Source: Harriotta raleighana (taxonomy: Eukaryota). From it: DNA of 64,000 nucleotides. Each line of letters opens with the position of its first letter. The first letter of the stretch is position 1. Below the pieces are notes generated by a model. It was given only the letters and a program-made list of their open reading frames with translations, was not told where the DNA came from and did not search any database. A program made the position numbers and the translations under genes. Below, piece by piece: positions 1-11,860 of the stretch. The DNA lies in NCBI GenBank assembly GCA_050575255.1, contig JBNZDD010013683.1, forward strand, positions 3,662,929 through 3,726,928, given 5' to 3'.

Positions 1-2784
1 CACTGGATTCCCATCGGAAATCATGCCAATTCTGAAAATGTCGGCCTGCAAGTATGGCACTTTGCAAAGAATAATTCATAGCTCAGCTACATTGGCTACA
101 AAATTAAACAGTTAAGTCCTATTAATTGGGGCACCCAGTAGCAATAGTCTATTTATCAAGCGAACGTCATGGGAAAAAAAAACAGCGCTGACTTCAATTT
201 GTTGTGTCTCATGTGCACAATCTCCATTAGACCATCTCTACTATGAAGCAGGAATCATTATAGGTCATTTTTTGCATATTTTCTCCCATAGCTTTCTAAC
301 TTAATTGCAGGCTCTCAATGGTTTTCAAAATCTCACAGGATTTTAAGCCTAAGTTATTCTGGAAGATTTAAAGCACAGACAAAATGACAAAAAACTAACT
401 TTACGGAAGGAATAGGTGCACGTTGGGGTAAGGTAAATATGTTGGTTGGAGATCAAAGAGAAATAGCAAATGGGCACGTTTTAAAGAATGACTAATGTAT
501 GAGGTTACCATGGAAATGAGACCGAGCCACAGATGTTCCACAGCGATTTCTTGTGTTGCGATTCAAAAATGCCAACAAAGAGAAAACAATAGCATCATAG
601 GGATGAAATTCAATGGTGTTAGACAATATATTTTAAATGTTAAGTGGTTGCAGCTGAGTGAACATTCTTCCATTTAAGCTACAACATACTCAAACAATAC
701 GCACTGATTCTGCTATCGATTGAAAGACCAGTAGTACAGTACATTGCTTTACAACTGTCTGGCAGGAGTTATTTACCCACTCAACGCAAATAAGACTCTT
801 TAAGTACTGCAAACACCCTTTATATTGTCGTAGGTTTTCCTTATTGATTAAACACCTCAGTTGACTATGAGGTACAAACATAATGCTTTTATTATCAAAA
901 GCAATTTAATGTCAACTCATTTGGAGGACAATTTGAGTATTTCAGAGCACATTCAAATTAATAGACCGGCCATTATATAAATCTATGATTTGTTTTTGAA
1001 AGAGGAATATTTGAATTGAGGGGATATTTGTTGGGTTGAATGCTTGAAAATTAGTTGATTGTAATGAAGACAAGCATGAAAATTACCTTTAAGCATTGAA
1101 AGATCATAGTTTTCATGGAAAAGAGATGTGAGACTCCTCTAACTATTCTGTTCAATTCACCTTATTTATTTTTAATGACACAGATTCCATTCATTGTTGC
1201 CAGGTGTATTAAGCACACTGCCATGAAATTATTCACCAAGTGAATGAGACTATCTTTGTGCAGAAAATTGGATCCAACTCAACACTCTCTATTAATAAAT
1301 GGGTGATCCTGATAAAACTGATAAATAATGATGCATTGCAAAGACTACATATACACACTTATTGTATGTTTTTATGACATCAATGTACAATACTGGGGTT
1401 TGCACAGAAACGCCATTTCATTGGTCCAACTTCGGGAAAATATTAAGGGCGTCACCTGAAAATGGATGGTTTTACAACAGACGAAGAACCTCTGAAATGT
1501 CAAATCGGCAATTTAGATGGGAACAATTATTAGCATTTGATAGCCAAACTTAAGAAGTCTAAAATTTACAAAAGACTCACATGATGTCAAACACTGCCAA
1601 TCAGCAGCCTGCTGGATAGTCTTCATTCTTCTTTCTAAAAATCTATTTTCGATTTAAAAAAGGTCACAAATGATATTTTGACATCCCACAGTTAGTTTAA
1701 TAGACCATGCTGCCTTTACTCTGGATACTAATTCTAATTACTCCGTTCTAATCATTGTACTATATTACCATTGCGAATACACGTTTCATTACTTCAGTAA
1801 GGAAACTATTTTTCATTTTCTGGAACATGATAAAGCCATGTTTCAATTCAGTGCTTATTTACTTCACTATAGAGTTACGACTGCAAACCACTTGTAAGAA
1901 TTAAGTTCTTAATAAGCTTTGGTAAATTGAACAGGAAACTCAACAGTCACCCACCCACACAGTGAACTAGAATGTAGTGTGTGATGAAGCAAAGAGAGCA
2001 AGTCTCCAAGAGGTACGAACAATGCTGTAGAACACTGCTTTAGAAGTATTGTAGTTGAACCTTTCAGAGAACCTAGAAAAGACAATTTAGATAATGGCAA
2101 TTAAGTGGCGCTCACTATGTCATTAATTTTGTGAAATATTGGACACAGTCTGTAAGGCAGAAAATATTAGGAGTAGAAAATCTTACTGTATAATGGGATA
2201 GAAATAACTTATTTCTACTAAGGCACTCATTTATCTTATCTATATGGTAGCTGGTGAATATCCTCAAACAGTTATATTCTTTGATCATAGTTTTCACCCC
2301 ACCCCACAAAATCATACCCTGTATTGTGAAACCAGCTTGTAAAAATGCACCTACATCAACTAATTTATGAAAGAATCCAATGGGAATGGGATTGAAATCT
2401 TTAGGAAAAAATAGACAGGAATGATCATGTGGTACGTGGAACTTTATAGATCACCCACGATGAAAAGTTTGAGCAGAAAACAAATTGACAGATTTCAATA
2501 GTGGACGGGTCGGGTCATGAAGGTTTGCTCAAGGTGAAACTGTGCACAATTTTAAAATGTGGAGTTGTATCCAACGATAAACGGTAACTTATACAGTATC
2601 TGCAACTGTGGAGGTTGCACAATTCCATGCTTCATCTAGAGCTATTCATCTCAGTAACACAGTTTATAAGGTAAAATCAACAATTTTCACCTCGGGAGAA
2701 CTCCTCAGGGCACTGAACAATCAAGTGTTTCAGGGTATTGGGACAACCTCCCGATGTGAAAGGCGCTATACAAATGTGATTTAT

Positions 2785-3100
2785 GGAGTCCTGTAGCTCA
2801 GTGGTTAGAGCACTTGCCTTACAAGCGTGAGACCTGTCTGCGAATTCAGGCAGGGCAAAACCTTGGGCAAGTTTCCTTACTCCACACACCCAATAATAAT
2901 CTCTCAAAAAAAACACAATATTAAAATTGGTCATTTCAATCCACGACTGTTTGTGGGACACTGCTGTGCGCAACTGGCTGCCGCTTTTCGCCCACATACA
3001 TGTATACAGCCAACTTACTTTACAGTATATTCTGTGAAGCGCTTTGAGACGGGGAGAAGACTTGGAAAGCGCTATATCAAATGCAAGGATTATTATTATT
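2785..3100 (+). mobile_element. Full-length tRNA-head, Deu-domain SINE with L2-type tail (young family)
   Basis: Head GGAGTCCTGTAGCTCAGTGGTTAGAGC (A box); core TGTTTGTGGGACACTGCTGTGCGCAACTGGCTGCCGC resembling the DeuSINE/AmnSINE1 3' core; tail AAAGCGCTATATCAAATGCAAGGATTATTATT; ATTTAT on both sides. Many copies in the window. Confidence 0.9.
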
Positions 3101-3224
3101 AATTTATTGTTGTTGTTTCAGACCCATTAAAATGTTACGGTCAGGACTTCAATGCGGAATCACCTTGATATTGTAGGGCAACAAGAGAATTTACAGTAGT
3201 TAGATTAAAAGGTTTGGTTATTAA

Positions 3225-3410
3225 CCTGCTCTCCGGAGTTCCTTCCCCATCACCTCTTCCCTCCCTGCCTTCAAAACCCACCGCTTTGACTGTCTTTTTT
3301 TCTCCTTGCCCCTACCTCCCCCACCAGCTTGGGCTCCCAGTCACCTGTACGAGATGTACATGTATGTTTTGAGACATCCTCCTAATGTGAAAGATGCTAC
3401 AAAAATGTTG
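3225..3410 (+). mobile_element. L2 LINE 3' fragment
   Basis: ccctccctgccttcaaaacccacc (L2 'FKTHL'-type C-terminus) followed by a degenerate GAGACATCCTCC...GTGAAAGATGCTAC tail. Confidence 0.65.
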
Positions 3411-4524
3411 TGGACTAATTAATATTTGTCCTCTATTCCCCCTATTCCCAGAACAGAAGTATATGATCGCAGTCCAGTCACATTACTTGAAGTAAGCACT
3501 GCCCTTTTAAGTATGGCGCCATTTAGATTAACTAGATTCCAGCCTGTGATACACATTCAGCCCATTAAGCGATAATTTACTGCAGTAAATTATCATGTGG
3601 CGACAGTAAAATTATCACTAATAGCTGCAGAATAAATACATTTATATGATTTATTTTGCTAGTCTCTATCACCATAGCACCAAAAGGCAGTCCCTACGGA
3701 ATACTGGAAACTTAATATGGAAATTTGTTCAGACATTTTAAAAATGTAATAGCATTAAAATATAAGGCACCCAAAAGGGAAAGATTAAGCTGATTCTATC
3801 AAAGTTATTAATGCTGACTGGAACAGTGGTATTAAGACACTGAAAGAATAATCTTCCATCCAATGTGGAGCATTTAATTAGTTTGACCTTGGATTCTGTC
3901 ATTTACAAGAGAATGGTGCTCAAAGCTTATGCAACCTATTTTTGAGAAGTCTTCCCTCCTTTTGCCTACATTATTAAAAAAACTCACATAATTCCAAACA
4001 GGTGCGCATGTGTATATATGTGCATGTGCATACGTATGTATACACACACACACACACGTATGTGGAGAGAAACAGGTGACTGATCTTTTTTAGGTGAAAA
4101 TGAGAAGTTGCAGTTGTTCTCTTTGTTATCATGTTACTGGTGGAGGTGATTTAACTGAGAACGAGTGAGTCTTTTGTTGTTGGGATTGAGAGATGAGAGA
4201 ATAGGACAGAGTAGATGCTTTTAACTGGCTGCACCTGGCGATGTCTGATCACGGAGCTGGGTGCCTGAAATAAGAGTGTTCACATTCCAGTGTTGTCATC
4301 TCTCACCTTGATAAGTCATCAAAAAATTTGCTCCAAAAAGTAATCATTGGCTTTCTGCATTGGACAACAACCAGAAATAACACTTCAATATGTATTATAG
4401 CACTCCTTAAGTATCTGGGTTGGTCTTTCAGGGAAGAATAAACCAGCTAAATGCAAGTGGTGAGAGAGAGGCAATAAAATCATGCCAGGGATGAGAAGTC
4501 TCAGTAAACATTTTCTAATGGGCT

Positions 4525-4700
4525 TGCTGCCTTCAGCCGACCTCCTACTGTGCCTTCAGCTGTCCTTCTACCGCTTCTGCTCTGCCTCATCCCAACCCTG
4601 CCCTCATGCTAGGATCCTGATCCTTGACTGTTCAGCACCTTGGGATATCCTCCCAACATGAAAGGCGCTTTACAAATGTAATTTTGTTGTTGTTGCTGCT
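4525..4700 (+). mobile_element. L2 LINE 3' end (CCTCCC-type tail)
   Basis: CACCTTGGGATATCCTCCCAACATGAAAGGCGCTTTACAAATGTAATTTTGTTGTTG, a tail repeated about ten times in the window. Confidence 0.8.
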
Positions 4701-4760
4701 GCTTTGATGTCGTGCGAGTTACAATGCAATAATAGATCAATTCTGAAAGCTAAATATATA

Positions 4761-5060
4761 ACAATTTGGATTTATATAGCACCCTCCACGCCGGGCAGTG
4801 TCTCAGAGCGCTTCACAGTAACGGATCCCGAGCCAGGGGGAGGGGGAAAAAGGTGACCAATGGTGCAGTTGGAAAAAAAGGTGTTCAGCTGAGACCTGAA
4901 AGAGAGGAGGCGAGGCGAAGGGAGCAAGTTCCAGAGCTTTAGGGCTTAGTGGCTGAAGGCACGGCCGCCGATAGTGGAGCGGAGGATTCGGGGGATAAGG
5001 AGGAGACCAGAACCGGAAGAGTGAAGGCAACGCATGTATACTGGATGGCCTTGTTCTATA
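4761..5060 (-). mobile_element. L2 LINE 3' end (second tail family)
   Basis: Minus strand gives GGRAFS..LWNLLP..LNT-like L2 ORF2 C-terminus, then tail CTGAGACACTGCCCGGCGTGGAGGGTGCTATATAAAT. Same tail at ~21495, ~38100 and ~56515. Confidence 0.8.
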
Positions 5061-5959
5061 GGTCAAGATACAAGTGCAGGTATACTAACGGAAACTTACC
5101 TGAACCCCTGAAATGAGTACCAGCGAATCAAGGGCCAAGAGCTCTAAACAAGGTCAAGGAAATTAAATTTTTTGCCTCTGCACATTGATATCAACTACAG
5201 ATGAATGTCAAAGTAAGGTTGGCAACACAGATACCTCAATCTATATAATATAATCGTCCATTCAGCAAAACAATCTGCAATTCGATAAGAGTTTTGAAAG
5301 CATAGGCTGTTTAAAATGAATTAGCGTCTTGCTGTGTGGTGTCGAGGTGAAGTCAGTCGCCAAACTGACTCCATTGTGTTAAATTCTTCTTAAAAAAACA
5401 TTGGGGAGCATTTCATGCTTGGTTTAGTACTTTGCTCATGCGCGTTTTGCATGGTTGAGGATTTCTTCCCAATGTACCAGCAGCCTGGTACATTGGTATT
5501 CAATGCTTGGATAAGGATGGCATTGATCTGGAGTTAATTTCATCAATTTGAAAAGAAACCCTTGACATTTTAAAGATGCAGGAGCCTATGCCTTATTTTG
5601 GGATTACTCAGTAAAATTCTAATCTGTTTGAAAGGAAACTCAAACATGTTATTTTGTTCTCCAGACAATTAAAAAAAAAGATTAATCAGAAAACCTTACC
5701 ACTTCATCCCTTTGGCTCATCAGTCATTTCCTTGTACAAAAAACGTGGGCAAATTATCCAATTTTCCATTCTATGTGTATCACAACATGCATCATCGCTG
5801 CATGTTGACATTCATTTGTAGGTTATGACTTGACAACCTAAAGTTTTCATAGCAAAATCAAGCAGGTCAAGAAGTTCAGTAACTATTTCTTTATTGGTTA
5901 CTAAAAATGGGATGTCCTTCAAATGACACATTAAACAAAGTTCCTGTCTCCCCTACATT

Positions 5960-6182
5960 ACAAATGTCCCGGGGCACTACCCAAAAAGAGGAAGGAGTTT
6001 CTTCCTGGTGTCCTGATCACCCAGCCACAGGTGAAATGTTCAATTCAGGGCCGTTTGCCGGATATTACTGTGTGCAGATTGGCTGCAGTGTTAGCCCATG
6101 AAATACACACTCACTTGTGAAGTGAAGCACTTTGAGACAACATCCCAATGCCTGAGTCACATTATCAGAATGCAAGGATTAC
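5960..6182 (+). mobile_element. Old Deu-domain SINE fragment
   Basis: Degenerate GGAGTTTCTTCCTGGTGTCCTG, CTGTGTGCAGATTGGCTGC and GAAGCACTTTGAGAC...AATGCAAGGATTA. Confidence 0.7.
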
Positions 6183-9100
6183 TCAATATTGACACGAGAG
6201 AGTCGTGTGGGCTGAAATCTCCAAATTTGGACGTTTGTTTTTATTCAGACCTCATTCGCAGCAATGGATAAACCATGTTGTCCACTTTGTATTAACATAC
6301 CGCTGGGAGGGCAGGGAAGTGATTTGAAATGGCATGTAATCACAGCATCAAGTTGCTGTAAGGTTAGGAAGCAGTGCTTTTTGTAGCAAGGGGCAATATA
6401 TACTGGGTCTCACTACAAAACAGTAGGTCATGGTTCACCACAGCTGGCAGAAGATCCATTTTTGGTAGCCAACTACTAAAGTCTAATTATTTTTTAAAAA
6501 TGTACAGTGCCCCTTTAAACAGGAAGCTTTCATGTATGCATGATGAATGTCTCTACGGTGGAAAGAGCATTTTGGGAATCTGGATAACAGATGCCTGGGC
6601 AAAGTATCAGGATTGAACTCGGATTCTTCATTAATAAAATGAACTTGATGTGCAACAGGAATTCTCTATGCGAATTCATTACAGTGGCTGGGGATGTCAA
6701 CAGTTAGGAAGTATAGAATCACTGATTTAGGAGCCATGTTTTGCATGCTTCCATCTTGCAAATGCTGCCTCAGGCTTTCAAATCTTAGGTAAGTGACAAT
6801 CTGCATTTCTCAGATTTGAATTTTGAAATAGAGCGAGATTCCTATTAAGAGACGCAGCCACCTCAATTTCTTCAAAAGTTTCTCTCAAATCCAAATACGA
6901 TGAAATAATTACTTCATTGCATATATGCACTCTGCGTTGCTATTCAGCAAATAACCTCATACTGAAGTTATTAAAACTACAGTAAAATATGCAATAAGGC
7001 TTTCAAAGCACTGAACAAATTGGGAAACAGTAAATTGTCTGCTGTAAATAGTATATATATATATGCAATCATTACGCTACATTACAAATGTTGGCGAGTA
7101 ATGTGGAACACCAGATTGGTGTACTAATGCACTGCACTATGAAGCACGAAGGCATGGTTTTATAACTACGATTCGCAAATGGTCCATCTAGGGAAAATCA
7201 TCGCCACAGGCAATGAATGAGACGAAAAATCAGGCAGACAGATCATTCCTGGCTGTTGCATTGCAGTAAATGCAGATACCTGGGTTCAAGTCACATGTGC
7301 AGTAGACCCTTAACTGAAGCCAATCACCAAGGCAAAACATTTAAAAGAAGCTACACAGAACTTATATTTGTAAGCCTACGCATCTTACTTTATTCACAAT
7401 CATAGGAATGATTCCTGATAGAAGATATTCCACTGTTAAAATACCATGTAATTATCAGTCTGGACCAAGCTAATGGTTTATGATGGACTCAGCATTTACC
7501 CGTAATGTACAGCTTCTATTCCTATCCTTTTGCACTCCGAAGACCATCTTTGGAATGAGCTAATGACTGCAATTGTTCTAAATGTCTCGGGCAACCCATT
7601 AGGGAAATTGGAAACTTAAAACACTCACCTAATTACAGGTGGGTTTACAATTGATATTCCAACTTGGAAAACTGCCTGGCAAGGAGGAGCATGATGATAG
7701 ATCTAATATCGAGTTTTCCGCAGAGTAAGAACAGGAAGGAGGAACACGGGCAAAACACTGTGGGTGGCTGGAAATGGCTAAGAAGTACTTTCAGCAAACA
7801 GATTGTCTCATCGAATCACAGTCAATTCCATTCAATCACAACCATTACATATCTATTAAAAAAAAACCCTATGACCTTCAGAATATTACAGATTCCACAT
7901 CCATGCTCACATTCGCATAAAATATCTCCAAACCTTTAACCTACGAGAGGGTGATCTGCTCAGCTGAGGATTCTTGACTGTTGGAATAGCTTCAGCTCAG
8001 CTGCAGCTGCTTGTGTTTGTAAATAAATGAACAACACATGGCACGAGGATCCCAGAGGGATCGTTCAATGTTGCAAATAAAAAAAATCATTGCGAGTCTG
8101 TTCAGAAATGAGCAAAAAAGCTATCACGCTGAACAAAAAAAGGGTATGTCTAGCAATGAGCAAATCAAGGAAGTAATGCAGCCAAATAGCTTAAAGAATT
8201 CCCCTCAAAAAACTTACGGAAGACAACCTCAACCAAATGAGGCAGCATGCAATGAAATCAACATACAGTACTCTACTTAGTAGAAGGAATCACTCAAATC
8301 TCCTAATGCCAGTTAGATGTTAACAGGAAGAACTATATACCTTCATTAAAAGTTGTTTATCCTCTGAGAAACGCAAGTACAAGCTGAAACTTCGCTGTAT
8401 GAAAAGATTCATAATTATAGAAGCTGATTCCCTTCAGGGATGCAATTAAAATGCAGTTGCTGAGTTCAGAGAGCTGGGCTTGCCCATAGTAAGATATGTG
8501 GAAAAAGTATGTGCATAGCAATGCCATAAAGATCACTGGAGTCATTTTAATTGTTTTAATATCGATTATAGAGAGTAACCTGGCATTTTATTAAGTCACT
8601 CGACTATTTTAAGCGAGTTGCCTGTCGCTTCACAATCATTAATTGGTAGAAATGGTAAGTGAAAATGCTCTCGTGAAAGCATAGTCGCCATTAATTAAAG
8701 GATATAATTTATAGAAAAAGTCATTATAACATAATGCATTTTAGCAGCCCTTTAGTTCATTCAGGCTGTAGATTGCAAACTACCATGAAGTGGGCTTGTT
8801 GATGGTTAATGAGTGTCTGCCATGATTCAATACAAATCTCTCAAGGGTGCTAACTACCAGCTCGATCCTCTCAATCCTCAATTTGTGTTGTGTAGAATTT
8901 TTTTTAGAAATACAGTTTAAAACAACAATCTGCGATGATTTAGATAACGATCTATCATCCGTTAAATGGTGTCTCCTCAATAATTCGCAGTGTGCAATTG
9001 CCTGGCTCTCTTTAGCTTTCAAAGAGAAGACTCCATCATGCAATATTAATAAGGATACATGTCCACTATAGATCCTATATATTCGGCAATAATTATTCCT

Positions 9101-10169
9101 TTCTATTTGCATGTTAAAACTTTCTCTCCTATTATTACAAGATTGTGGGTTCTCCATTCAGGAGGATGTCGAATGAATAAGGTGTTACTTTTTGCACGTG
9201 TTGAATTCACAATTCTAATATCCTCAAATTATTGTGCGAGTTAACAACCTTATTGAACAATTCAGGCTTACATTCGCTTTGTAGGAAGTTTCTTGGAAAT
9301 CGCACTTTACAAAAATATATGTATATATTAATGTTCAGGTTGTTGATATGACACAGATAGAATGCAAGCTACCTTAGGCCCATGTGTGGCATTGCTGAAC
9401 TGCTTTACAATGTACAATCTTTTCCATTCCATCAAAATGTAGGCCAGAGTTCACATCCACTCTGCGGATTGTATGGTCAAGCTGGTTCTCAAGGTCTGCA
9501 AATTCTGTTTTATTAAATATGTGAGATGCCAGCCTAACAACAGAGTGCAATTGGGGACAGCTCAATTTCACTGAACTGACCCCAGCGGTAGCTGAGAATT
9601 TGTGCTGCAGAGTCAAAGAGCAACTCAGTAGCCTCCCTGTGGGTTAACATGCGAAGCAATCAGCATAGCTCTGCTGGCTAGCTCTAGTTTACTGCTTCTC
9701 TATCTCTATACAGCATAAGAAGATTCAGCTGGCGCAGTGGAAAATTTCATCACATATGTTCTGAAAAGACTCTTTGTACTGACACAGAACAATGAGTTGT
9801 ACCTGCAGAAGCTTTTTGTATTCACACAATAAACGCAGTTTGAGGCACAGCTTCAGTCACGATCTTGTAAAGGGCTGATATTGCATGATGGAATATGGAG
9901 TAGTATGGAGCAGCTAAGCTTCATCCCTCCCAATATCAGTTTTCCTTTTTAAAAAACGAACCCATCCCACTTTCATTCTCCACTTCATTGATTTGTTTCT
10001 ATCGGGCATTGTTTCAGCTACTCAAAGCATAGTTAACCTGTTCCATCACCTCTGAACACAAAGCTCCACTGCCAGATGATTGTCCGTCCCCAGCAACAAC
10101 AACCGTGGTCCTTACCTTTGGTTGGCTAATCGAAGAATGTTTCATTAACTGGGACTGAGCTTTAGCATC

Positions 10170-10345
10170 ATTAGACTGAATGTAGGAGGCCCATTCAGCC
10201 TATCTGATCTCATCCTTCCATAACACCCACTCTGCTGTCCTCCCATCACTGTATCAAGCCTTTGTTTTTCCAAAACATCAAGTTGAGATTCCCAAGCCTC
10301 AACCACCATGATGCTGACGTTCGCAGCATTGTACAGCATTCCTCT
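10170..10345 (-). mobile_element. CR1 LINE 3' end fragment
   Basis: Minus-strand VVEA...LDTVM peptide and GAATGGGCCTCC-type CR1 3' UTR; similar to the fragment at 61010-61285. Confidence 0.7.
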
Positions 10346-11199
10346 CTACCCAGAGTAATTCAGCCGTGCTGACGTGATCGCCGAGCTGAATAACCTTCCA
10401 GTGAAGACAAGTTGCGAGCCTTGCGGGCAACTCATCAATCAGGCATTACTGATACGAGGTATTCCTTTGTGCCATGGCGACAAAGAGAATGTGACGATCC
10501 ATCCTCGCTCCTTAGCAAGTAAGACAATTAACAGTTCTCCAACAAAGGTTATTTGACAACATTCACACAACATTCGACACTTCACTCCATATTCTAAGGG
10601 GGCCATCGTCTTATAAACGTCTTACTTGCCTTTAAATGGGCAGTCTGGAAATGGTGCGTTCTCAAGTTCTAAATCATTATTTTACCATTGTGTTGGATTA
10701 TCCCTAACCTCGACAACCTACTCATAGTTAATATTTACAAATGGGTGTCCTGGGAATACTGATTCAATTGCTTTTCAGAAAATAAGCTGTTCTAATTGGA
10801 CTACTAACAATTAAGTGCAATGATGCACTCTATAGAATGGTGCATTATGGACAGAGTGTGCAGGGAAAGATTAGAATGTATAATTAAATCAAATTCACAT
10901 TAATGATCAACTGTAACTCTTCCTTGCATTAAAGCTATTTAAATAACAATGTACACATTTGGTTCTGAATAAAACTGGTATTATATCGAACTTTTGGATA
11001 ATAATATAATTTCAGCCAAATTATAGATGGATGGATGAAGAATTTCCACAGCAAAACACTGAATGCGGCCTTTCCTTTTGTGCTGATCAGATGGTACGGG
11101 TCAGGGCATCTCTTTACGTAAGGAAAAGCTACGAGCAAATACAAGGAAATAAGTTTCAAGTCCAATATTCAAGACTTTGCAGAATTATTTGAGTTGTGG

Positions 11200-11860
11200 C
11201 AGCCCAGCTCAATGCTGAGGATGGTTGTATCATTGAGTTGTCTTCCTTCAGATACGACGATAAAGCAAGATCCCATGTGGCTGTTGAAGGTGGACATGAA
11301 AGATTACTCAGCATGATAACAAATTAGTCATTTCAATCCATGACTATTTGTGGGAGACTCCTATGAGCAATTGGCTGCCATGTTCGCCCACAAATATACA
11401 GTCAATTCCCTTTACAGTATATTCTGTGAAGCCCTTTGAGACGCCTAGAAGACGTGAAAAGTGCTATATCAAATGCAAGAATTATTATTATTATTATAAT
11501 TTGATATAGAGCCTTATCACATCTTCTAGACGTCTCAAAATGTTTCACAGACTATATTGTAAAGTGAATTGACATATATGTGGGCGAAACACAGCAGGAT
11601 TTTGAAAATCGGAGATTGAAATGACCAATTTTTATTATTTAAAATCAGAAAGGATTTGTTTCCTGTGCCTTCCCAATCCAATGAACACGATTGATCATTT
11701 ACATCATGGCTGCTTGTAAGAAGTTGCCGTGTGTAAATTTACTGCATTTGTCTGCTAAATACACTGTCACCACACTTTACAGTACATCCTGTAAGTGAAG
11801 CACTTCGAAACTGCCTCCTGAAGAAAAAGGCACTATATCAAATATAGATATTATTATGAC
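11200..11860 (+). mobile_element. Old Deu SINE interrupted by a tail-to-tail pair of young SINE fragments
   Basis: Old 5'/middle part at 11200-11315, old core and tail at 11645-11860. Between them a + young fragment (~11320-11497) and a - young fragment (~11500-11640). Confidence 0.75.

Noticed and set aside
2785-2860. tRNA gene (also 25510-25586 and 53019-53090)
   Set aside because: No complete cloverleaf or acceptor stem; each runs straight into a SINE body.
8780-9157. 125-aa minus ORF with faint resemblance to the Penelope pre-RT region
   Set aside because: Too few matching residues and no RT motifs nearby.
9373-9495. 123-bp AG...GT segment on the NELL1 strand ending in an in-frame TAA (poison-exon-like)
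   Set aside because: No polypyrimidine tract, a competing AG just upstream and a weak donor (GTAGCT); the peptide is not EGF-like. It would need junction reads.
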